Shown: positions 6,951 through 13,867 of the stretch, piece by piece
Position numbering within the stretch: the first letter of the stretch is position 1
How the letters are laid out: every line of letters begins with the position of its first letter
Origin: Bacteroidia bacterium
Lineage (GTDB): Bacteria > Bacteroidota > Bacteroidia > Flavobacteriales > Flavobacteriaceae
Assembly (NCBI GenBank): GCA_030429455.1
Contig: JAUIFC010000103.1
Location: 1-13,867 of the forward strand
Direction of reading: 5' to 3'
DNA length: 13,867 bases
Notes under the pieces: generated by a model
Databases searched by the model: none
The model's input: only the letters and a program-made list of their open reading frames with translations
Told to the model about the DNA's origin: nothing
Program-made: the position numbers and the translations under genes

Positions 6951-7579
6951 GTTCTGCCTATTTGACAAATGCTCAATTAAATTATTCCATTGGGAATAAT
7001 AAGCGAGCACTCCAACTTGTGGAAGAAGGAAAGTCTTTATTTAATGGAAATTCTGAAGATGACAAGATAATTTATCAAAATTTGGATCGAATCGGTTTAA
7101 GCATTTATTCAAGTAACCCAAGTATGTTTCAAAAAGCCATAAAAAATTTCGAAAACAGCATCCAATCTAAGCCTAATGATCTCATTTTGAAATTGTCTTA
7201 TGCTGGACTTTTGGCTAAAAGACCCGAAACAGAATACCAAAATAGATCGCTTGAGCTTTTAAACGATGATTTAAAAATAGAACTAGATAACCTAAATGCA
7301 AATATCAATCTAGGCGCTCATTATGTTAACAAAGCTGTGGAGATTAGCAAAAAAATTTCTGATACTTCTGACTCTGATTCTGATGAATTTTTTCAGCTAG
7401 AAAACCAAGTCATTGAGAATTTAAAAAATGCTTATCCTTACATTAACAAGCTTCATCAGTTACAAACAGAAGAGTTGGAGTGGGTCTGTCAACTCATCAA
7501 TATTGTTGCTTATATGCCAGATAAAGAGGATGAGCTTAATAGATTACAGGAATTGAAAATAGAACTCGAAAAATACTAA
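6920..7579 (+). CDS. TPR/helical-repeat protein, either a separate gene or the C-terminal portion of the secreted protein that starts at 6711. 219 aa.
   Basis: The translation is helical-repeat-like (SAYLTNAQLNYSIGNNKRALQLVEEGKSLF...; LKLSYAGLLAKRPETEYQNRSLELL). It has no signal peptide of its own. In frame it is open back to 6836, upstream of its ATG. Confidence 0.55.
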   Translation: MQESESSSIIGSAYLTNAQLNYSIGNNKRALQLVEEGKSLFNGNSEDDKIIYQNLDRIGLSIYSSNPSMFQKAIKNFENSIQSKPNDLILKLSYAGLLAKRPETEYQNRSLELLNDDLKIELDNLNANINLGAHYVNKAVEISKKISDTSDSDSDEFFQLENQVIENLKNAYPYINKLHQLQTEELEWVCQLINIVAYMPDKEDELNRLQELKIELEKY

Positions 7580-7605
7580 CAATATTCATATATTTAAATT
7601 AAAAA

Positions 7606-8412
7606 ATGAAAACTATTGTTTCCGTCAATTGGTTGCTTGAAAACCTTTCTCATAAAGACATAATTTTACTGGATACCAGCTTGAATATAGACGTAAATAC
7701 ATATCAAACAATACCTACTTCGCGATACTTTGACATAAAACATACTTTTAGTGATAAATCATCAAGATTTCCAAATGCATTACCAACAGAAGAAAATTTT
7801 GAAATTGAATGTCAAAAATTAGGCATTAACACGACATCCAAAATTGTGGTTTTCGATGAAAAAGGAATTTACTCTAGTCCCAGAGTTTGGTGGATGTTTA
7901 AGGGCATGGGACATGAAGATGTATTTGTGCTGAATGGTGGTTTGCCAGAATGGGTAAAGCATGGTTTCAAAACAGAAGTGATAAAATCTCAGAATGGGAA
8001 AGGCGATTTTAAAGCTAAATTTTCTCCAGATTATGTCAAAACATTTGAAGATGTGGCTAAAAATATAACCGAAGAATCTTTTCTACTAGTTGATGCTCGT
8101 TCTAAAGGAAGGTTTGATGGAACTGCTCCCGAACCTAGAAAAACACTTCAAAGTGGACACATAAAAAATTCAAAAAATATTCCATTCACTTCAGTTTTAA
8201 CTCATGGAAAATTTAAATCTAAAGATGAGTTACAGGATATTTTTCAAGACCTAACATCAGATAAAGAAATGGTATTTAGCTGTGGTTCTGGCATTACAGC
8301 CTGTATATTATCACTAGCAAGCGAATTGTCTGGTAAAACATCAAGGACGATTTTTGATGGTTCCTGGTCAGAATGGGCTGAGCGAAATGGACTTTTTACT
8401 GCCCTGGATTAG
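7606..8412 (+). CDS. sseA: Tandem-rhodanese sulfurtransferase (3-mercaptopyruvate / thiosulfate sulfurtransferase), 268 aa.
   Basis: It contains the active-site loop CGSGITA (CG[ST]GVTA type) that is characteristic of MST/SseA. Two rhodanese halves are visible (…IVVFDEKGIYSSPRVWWMFKGMGHEDVFVLNGG… and …FSCGSGITACILSLA…DGSWSEW). Confidence 0.8.
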   Translation: MKTIVSVNWLLENLSHKDIILLDTSLNIDVNTYQTIPTSRYFDIKHTFSDKSSRFPNALPTEENFEIECQKLGINTTSKIVVFDEKGIYSSPRVWWMFKGMGHEDVFVLNGGLPEWVKHGFKTEVIKSQNGKGDFKAKFSPDYVKTFEDVAKNITEESFLLVDARSKGRFDGTAPEPRKTLQSGHIKNSKNIPFTSVLTHGKFKSKDELQDIFQDLTSDKEMVFSCGSGITACILSLASELSGKTSRTIFDGSWSEWAERNGLFTALD

Positions 8413-9290
8413 TTCTTTTGATGTTTATAAATCCTGATCCAATCCACATACATGTGTTGTGGAAAAGTGGAGGATTCGTCAGGTCTGCCAGCAAATGTTC
8501 CCCCAACAGCAATATTAAGAAGTAGAAAAAAGTTTTCATGAAACTCGTTATATTCTTCTGAAGATATATCCAATCTTGCTACTTCGTTTCCATCCACAAA
8601 CCATATCAAATACTCTGGAGACCATTCCAAATCAAAAACATGAAAATCATCTGCAAAAATGCCTTCCTGTAATTTATAGCTTTTGGCAGACATTTGGTTG
8701 TGTTTGCCTTGAGAATCTGCATAATGAGCATTTACCTCAACCGCTGCATCGTCTTTAGAACCGTATAATTCTAAAATATCTATTTCGCCACACATAGGCC
8801 AAGGCGTATCGCCGCCATTTTCGTCTATATTGTCGCCCAGCATCCAAAAGGCAGGCCAGATGCCTTCACTATATGGTAATTTGATTCTAGCTGAAATTTT
8901 TCCGTATTTGAATGAAAACTTACCAGCGGTATTCAATCTGGCAGAACTGTATTGGTCTAATCCATGTTCATTGCTTTCATGAATCGCTTTAATAACCAAT
9001 TGACCATCATCTATATATGCATTTTTAGCACTTGAAGTGTAGCGTTGCCATTCTTCATTAAAACGGCCTGCAGGTTCTTGTTGAAAAGTCCATTTTGTAG
9101 AGTCTATTTCGTCGCCATCAAATTCGTCCGACCAATGCAGTTTCCAGTTTTTATTTTCAGTCTTAGTATTCATAGTAGTATGAGATAAGGATGTAGAATT
9201 AGTTTGCTCTTTCATCAATGGCATTAACGTTAAAAATAATGCTAGTAGTATTCTTTGATATTGAGCTCGAATTATGGTGTGAAATTTCAT
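8409..9290 (-). CDS. Secreted glycoside hydrolase family 16 (laminarinase / beta-1,3(4)-glucanase-like), 293 aa.
   Basis: The catalytic GH16 motif E-I-D-I-L-E appears in GEIDILELYG. The surrounding sequence is typical of GH16 (WPAFWMLG, WSPEYLIWFVDG). An N-terminal hydrophobic signal is present (ILLALFLTLMPLM). The 3' end overlaps sseA by 4 nt in a convergent arrangement. Confidence 0.85.
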   Translation of the reverse strand: MKFHTIIRAQYQRILLALFLTLMPLMKEQTNSTSLSHTTMNTKTENKNWKLHWSDEFDGDEIDSTKWTFQQEPAGRFNEEWQRYTSSAKNAYIDDGQLVIKAIHESNEHGLDQYSSARLNTAGKFSFKYGKISARIKLPYSEGIWPAFWMLGDNIDENGGDTPWPMCGEIDILELYGSKDDAAVEVNAHYADSQGKHNQMSAKSYKLQEGIFADDFHVFDLEWSPEYLIWFVDGNEVARLDISSEEYNEFHENFFLLLNIAVGGTFAGRPDESSTFPQHMYVDWIRIYKHQKN

Positions 9291-9408
9291 TATAAATGAA
9301 TATTTAAATTAGTAATAGTCAAAGATAGAATAAATAATATTTTATATTTTAAGGATTTAAACATAAATATTATTAAGATATTTTTAAATTTATCATCATC
9401 AAAATAAT

Positions 9409-12400
9409 TTGAAGTTGAAGTTAGTAAAACAGAAAAAATTATTCTTTACCGAAGGAAATTCTGACAAAGTTTATGAAGTAGATTTATGTGAAATTGATGA
9501 TTTATTTGTCGTAAATTTTAGATACGGAAGAAGAGGTAATAATTTACGCGAAGGAACAAAAACAGTATTCCCAGTTTCTTACGAAGAAGCAGAGAAAATT
9601 TACAACAAACTGATTGTTAGTAAAGAAAAAAAGGGTTACAAAGATACAATTGAAGTACCTGAAACTGCTGAATTACAGGAAGACGTAAATTCAGTTCAAA
9701 GAGATACTATTTTAAAGTATTTAAATCAAGCTTTGGAAGGGACTTATACTAGAAATTGGAGAGTTTCAAAAATTATCGCTAGAGTAGGAGCGCTTAACTT
9801 TAAAGAAGCAATGCCAACTGTAGCAAAATTCATCCATTCAAAGGATAGTTTTGAACAATACTACAGTATTTTAAATTTGATTTATTTTTCTGATTCTTCA
9901 CATGTTAAGGATGTGTTGGAATTATTTAAAATTTATAAATTCGAGACTATTGTCGGACGTGCTGCTGTTGCCTATGTTATAAAGTTTGGGAACAAAACTC
10001 AAATAGATGCCATAAAGTCGCATTTAGATGGGCTCATAAGCGAGGGCGATATTTCTAATCTAGCCGTAAAATTCATCAATGCCAAACCAAAAGATGCAAC
10101 GCTTCTATATTTTGCCTATTTGGTTTCTGTTATTCAAGGCAGTTACAATAAAGATCTTTACAATATTCTTCAGCATGTTGAATTCAAAGCCAATGTTTTT
10201 AAATCTGTCAGATATATTTATAGGACGGCATATTTGTTAAACGACATCTCAGTTTTTGCTTTGATATCTAAACGAATGGCGATGAGTAAACCAGGGTTTA
10301 CTTCAGAGTTTGTTCATGATGGTAAAGATTGGATTTATGCATCCCAAGAGCTTAAAAAACCAAACTCTAGCGTGGCGTTTTCATCCAAAACAAAGCAATA
10401 TTTCATCAATGATAATTACAAAAAATTATACTTATCAGGTGAGAGAGATAAAAATGGTTTTCTGCAACTCGCAAAAGCCATGTTGTGTTCTTTGGACGAT
10501 AATTATGATGATGCCAAGCAAAGAATAGATTACCATTACGAATACAATGAGCAAACCAAAAGATACAATTACGCAAACAAATATTTTCCAAAATACCACC
10601 AGTTTAAAGGCATCATGTACATTGTTTATGGAAATTCTGAGCGTTTTGCCAATAATAAAGGAATGTGGTTTGATTCCTCTGAGAATCATCAATCCAAGCG
10701 AGAAGAAGTATTTCCTGAACTATGGAATAACAGTCCAAAAGAGGTTATAGAAATACTGGTAAATTCCAAAAGCCAAGTTGCGACTGCATTTGCACTAAAT
10801 ATTTTGAATGAAAAGCCTGAGTTTTACGAACTCCTCACGCCAAGTGATGTCATTTTGTTATTGCAAAAAGAAGATCAACAAATAGTTGAAGTCGTATTGA
10901 ATTATATTAAAACAAAATATAGCATTTCGAAACCTAATGAAGAATTAGTTATTAGCCTGTTTAAATCTAAAAATCAAAAGGCCATAGATTTAGCCATCAA
11001 CTGGTTTAATAAATTCAAACTAGATTATGTCAAAAGCAAGTCATTTACTATAGGTTTAGTCTTGTCAAATGAACTAAGGGCCATAGAGGTTTTAACATCA
11101 AATGTCAATGCTTTTTCAAAGCAAAATTTCGAAATTTCAATTGAAGATGTTTTAGGTTTATTTGAAAATCCACAACTATTTACCCCTCATTTTTTACAAG
11201 CTGTTTCAGAATTAGTAGGAAATACAACTTTTGGAAAACTGATTAAGGGCGTGAAAAATAGTTTTATTATTCAGCTTTCAAAATCAGCGGTAGACAGCAA
11301 CAAGGTTTTTGCTGTAAGTTTTTCAAAAATAGCTTTAGAATCTACTTATGATTTGTTTAAAGATTCATATGCTGATTACATATGTTCTGATAATCCATTT
11401 TTAAGGCAAGCAGGTATTGAGGTTTTATCACAATTTCCAGATTCATTTTTAATTGAAAATAAAGAGGACTTGATCCTGTTTAGTTTTTCTGAATTTCAGG
11501 AAATAAGGAAAGCAATTATTCCAACATTGACTAGACTAATAACTGTTGATAGAGAAATCAAAACGCGGTTGCAAAGGCAATTAATATTTCAACTCACAGA
11601 GGCAGAGACATATGAAGGTCTTCATGAGGATTGTTATGAAACTTTAAAAGAATTATTTGGACGTTCCTTAGCAAATTTATCTAAAGAAGATATTGTTTTT
11701 CTTGTGCTCTCAAAGTATGAATTTGCTCAAAAATTAGGAACTTCTGTATTTGATAAAAGAATAGCACTCAGCAGTCTAGATGTGCAAACCTTAGTGAGTT
11801 TGTCAAAAAGTGATGTCTTGGAAATTCGTAATAAACTTAAGACTTATTTTGAAAATAATGTTGTAAGAATTAGCTACGAATTAGATTCAGCAATACATGT
11901 TTTCAATACGTCTTGGGATGATGTCGTTACATGGGCATGCGACTATTTTGAGCAAAGGATTGACAAAAATAAATGGTCTGCAGAAACATTAATTTACATC
12001 TGCGACCACATAAACGAAACAGTTCAGCAATTTGGTAGACGAATGATCACACAGTATTTTACAAACGAAAAAGGTCTGCCAATACTTTTAAAACTTCAAG
12101 AACATCCAGATAAGGACATGAAATTTTTTGTTTCCAATTATTTAAACAATTACGCGAAAGATAATGTTGAGGTCATTTTAAACCTTGAAGCGTATTTTAC
12201 TTCAATTTTATTTAATATAAATTCTCACAGGTCTTCTAAGACTAGAGTTTATAAATTTTTAGAATCAGAATCTTTAAAGCACAAAGAAGTTGCGTTGTTG
12301 ACGGTAAAAATTTTAAGTTTGATTATGGGATCAAAAACACTAACGGATAGAGATGAAGTTTTAGATATATTTTTAAAGCTAAAAGAAACCTATGAAGATT

Positions 12401-12435
12401 TGAACATTCCATTATCCATAAAAATGATTAGCTAA
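9409..12435 (+). CDS. WGR-domain protein of 1008 aa. The N-terminal WGR domain is followed by about 900 aa of helical/HEAT-like repeat region, making it MolR/YehI-like. A C-terminal DUF4132-type domain is suspected.
   Basis: Residues about 10-80 read LFFTEGNSDKVYEVDLCEIDDLFVVNFRYGRRGNNLREGTKTVFPVSYEEAEKIYNKLIVSKEKKGYKD. This matches the WGR signature (SDKFYEV … RWGRIG … EEA…KL…KGY). The only start available after the upstream in-frame stop at 9385-9387 is TTG 9409. The remainder of the protein is helical repeats. Confidence 0.8.
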   Translation: MKLKLVKQKKLFFTEGNSDKVYEVDLCEIDDLFVVNFRYGRRGNNLREGTKTVFPVSYEEAEKIYNKLIVSKEKKGYKDTIEVPETAELQEDVNSVQRDTILKYLNQALEGTYTRNWRVSKIIARVGALNFKEAMPTVAKFIHSKDSFEQYYSILNLIYFSDSSHVKDVLELFKIYKFETIVGRAAVAYVIKFGNKTQIDAIKSHLDGLISEGDISNLAVKFINAKPKDATLLYFAYLVSVIQGSYNKDLYNILQHVEFKANVFKSVRYIYRTAYLLNDISVFALISKRMAMSKPGFTSEFVHDGKDWIYASQELKKPNSSVAFSSKTKQYFINDNYKKLYLSGERDKNGFLQLAKAMLCSLDDNYDDAKQRIDYHYEYNEQTKRYNYANKYFPKYHQFKGIMYIVYGNSERFANNKGMWFDSSENHQSKREEVFPELWNNSPKEVIEILVNSKSQVATAFALNILNEKPEFYELLTPSDVILLLQKEDQQIVEVVLNYIKTKYSISKPNEELVISLFKSKNQKAIDLAINWFNKFKLDYVKSKSFTIGLVLSNELRAIEVLTSNVNAFSKQNFEISIEDVLGLFENPQLFTPHFLQAVSELVGNTTFGKLIKGVKNSFIIQLSKSAVDSNKVFAVSFSKIALESTYDLFKDSYADYICSDNPFLRQAGIEVLSQFPDSFLIENKEDLILFSFSEFQEIRKAIIPTLTRLITVDREIKTRLQRQLIFQLTEAETYEGLHEDCYETLKELFGRSLANLSKEDIVFLVLSKYEFAQKLGTSVFDKRIALSSLDVQTLVSLSKSDVLEIRNKLKTYFENNVVRISYELDSAIHVFNTSWDDVVTWACDYFEQRIDKNKWSAETLIYICDHINETVQQFGRRMITQYFTNEKGLPILLKLQEHPDKDMKFFVSNYLNNYAKDNVEVILNLEAYFTSILFNINSHRSSKTRVYKFLESESLKHKEVALLTVKILSLIMGSKTLTDRDEVLDIFLKLKETYEDLNIPLSIKMIS

Positions 12436-13867
12436 ATGAAGTTCAATTTTAAATACAGTGGAAGCAGTTCTGTACACAATAGTTCGAATTCTACAGGGCT
12501 TAGTTTTGCACCTGATGTGCTTAGAGAACCTACCTATTTTGTTGGTAGTTTAGATAAAAAGTTGCCATTTAGGGAAGCCATTTCTGCGTTGCATCACGTT
12601 GTTACCGCAGACTTTAATTTTCAACCTAAAGACAATACAGAATATCTGGCATGGTTAAAAAGTCAAGAAGATTTATGGCTGGCCGAAGGAACTTCCAGAC
12701 TCAAAGGTATTGATACAGAAATACATCAATTAAAGGAAAAACTTGAAACCTTAAGGTCTCAAAGAGATACCATTACCCAACCTTACTACAAAGCCCAACG
12801 CAAATATTTTAGATATTTATATTTAAGAGATTATACGGCTTGGCTTGTTTTGGACCCTGTGATTACGGTACATCCAGACCAATTATTTTTTGAATGTTTT
12901 AGCAAAGATGAATCCGTTTACGGCAAGCTGTCTTGCGGATATGATGTGTTTAAAGAGGTTAATGAATTTAAATGCGGAACGACAAACATCGATTATTCAA
13001 AAAAACTTTACAATGAGTTTCAAAAAATAAGAACGTATAAACAAACTGATTTCAAGATAGACCCATCAGGTTTTGATGTTCAAACAAGTGGAGAAGATGC
13101 TTACAAAGAAGTAAAAATCGATTTGCCTGATAGCTGGGTAAGAGGATTTCTTCAAGTCAGTACAGCAATGACTCAAAACAAAGTGAGTTTTGATTTACAT
13201 CCGATAGACATTTTTAACTTTATTTCAGTTTTAAAACGAAATAAAGAAAAGCATGGACCAAGAGCTATTAAATATGTTTTAGAACCAGGTAAACCAATCG
13301 AAGCTATTTTTGAACCTTGGAATATCAAAATAGTATGTTCAAATTCAATATTTAGGGGTGATGAAAAACAAGAAGTCCGCGTTTGGGGAAGGCGAAGAAT
13401 TACATTGTTAGAGCGATTATTACCAATTACTTCTAGATTTACTGTTCATTTATTGGGTACAGGATTGCCTTCATTTTATATTGCTCATTTATCAAATGAC
13501 ATGTATTTTACCTTAGGTTTGTCAGGTTGGACTGCAAACGACTGGACAAAATCTACAAGTCTGGATTTATTAATGTCTAAAGCAAAAGTGCCATCGACAA
13601 CCATGCAAAGAATTTATTTGGAATTGAGAAAAGACTGGTTTAATACACCTGAAAAACTTTCTAATGCCATGTCTATAGAAAGTGCAGATATCCATCAAGC
13701 GTTAAGAACATTTACACAAGCTGGAAAAGTGGTTTACGACCTAAAGAATGAAGTTTATAGAATTCGAGAGTTAAAACGGGATGGTATAGACCTTGAAGAT
13801 TTAAAATTTACAAGTGAAATTGACAAAGAGGCTTATAAACTTATGAGTACAGGTCAGGTGAACATCA
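12436..13867 (+). CDS. Uncharacterised protein of at least 477 aa that runs off the right edge. It is translationally coupled to the WGR gene and is a candidate YehQ-like partner. No SWIM CxCxnCxH motif is visible in the part that is present.
   Basis: The ATG at 12436 immediately follows the TAA stop of the WGR gene at 12433-12435. The frame stays open to the window end. The translation begins MKFNFKYSGSSSVHNSSNSTGLSFAPDVLREPTYFVGSLDKKLPFREAISALHHVV. It is absent from the ORF track only because it has no stop in the window. Confidence 0.65.
   Translation, partial: MKFNFKYSGSSSVHNSSNSTGLSFAPDVLREPTYFVGSLDKKLPFREAISALHHVVTADFNFQPKDNTEYLAWLKSQEDLWLAEGTSRLKGIDTEIHQLKEKLETLRSQRDTITQPYYKAQRKYFRYLYLRDYTAWLVLDPVITVHPDQLFFECFSKDESVYGKLSCGYDVFKEVNEFKCGTTNIDYSKKLYNEFQKIRTYKQTDFKIDPSGFDVQTSGEDAYKEVKIDLPDSWVRGFLQVSTAMTQNKVSFDLHPIDIFNFISVLKRNKEKHGPRAIKYVLEPGKPIEAIFEPWNIKIVCSNSIFRGDEKQEVRVWGRRRITLLERLLPITSRFTVHLLGTGLPSFYIAHLSNDMYFTLGLSGWTANDWTKSTSLDLLMSKAKVPSTTMQRIYLELRKDWFNTPEKLSNAMSIESADIHQALRTFTQAGKVVYDLKNEVYRIRELKRDGIDLEDLKFTSEIDKEAYKLMSTGQVNI

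Noticed and set aside
8409-8412. 4-nt overlap of convergent sseA and GH16 3' ends.
   Set aside because: This is common compact genome organisation, not a regulatory feature in itself.
8576-8758. Plus-strand 60-aa ORF.
   Set aside because: It is antisense inside the GH16 gene.
10310-10750. Short ORFs on both strands inside the WGR gene.
   Set aside because: They are alternative-frame artefacts within a 3-kb ORF that has clear domain content.
1-13867. CRISPR arrays, IS elements, integrases or phage genes.
   Set aside because: No regularly spaced direct repeats are present. No transposase, integrase or phage-like ORFs are present. No terminal inverted repeats flank any gene block. I could not measure composition shifts beyond the uniform AT-richness.

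Overview
This is an AT-rich window that reads like a Bacteroidetes/Flavobacteriia chromosome. It holds about 14 protein-coding genes and no rRNA, tRNA, CRISPR array or recognisable mobile element. Reading left to right: (1) The N-terminal 305 aa of a large unassigned protein on the minus strand runs off the left edge, and a long GC-containing leader lies upstream of it. (2) A minus-strand membrane-stress cluster follows. It consists of a small PspA-associated protein, a PspA/IM30 protein, a 298-nt spacer carrying an 11-bp perfect palindrome, an NfeD-like membrane protein with an acidic (D-V/D-F)n repeat, and a very long 686-aa flotillin/SPFH protein. The cluster ends in tandem hairpins with a U-tract, which I read as an intrinsic terminator. 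(3) An XRE-HTH regulator is transcribed divergently from this cluster. Its C-terminal half looks like a LexA/CI S24 peptidase domain in which the catalytic Lys position appears to be Arg. (4) A small hypothetical gene and a secreted TPR-like protein come next. The TPR-like reading frame is split into two overlapping ORFs, and an A8 homopolymer lies nearby. (5) A tandem-rhodanese sulfurtransferase and a secreted GH16 beta-glucanase are convergent and overlap by 4 nt. (6) A 1008-aa protein with an unmistakable N-terminal WGR domain starts at a TTG codon. Its C-terminal region is long and helical, and it resembles the MolR/YehI family. A downstream ORF is translationally coupled to it (stop TAA directly followed by ATG) and runs off the right edge. 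I consider this pair the most interesting candidate system. It may be the beginning of a yeh-like WGR/DUF4132 - SWIM - MoxR AAA+ - VWA module of unknown function. Every product call rests on motifs I read directly in the translations, and none has been checked against a database.
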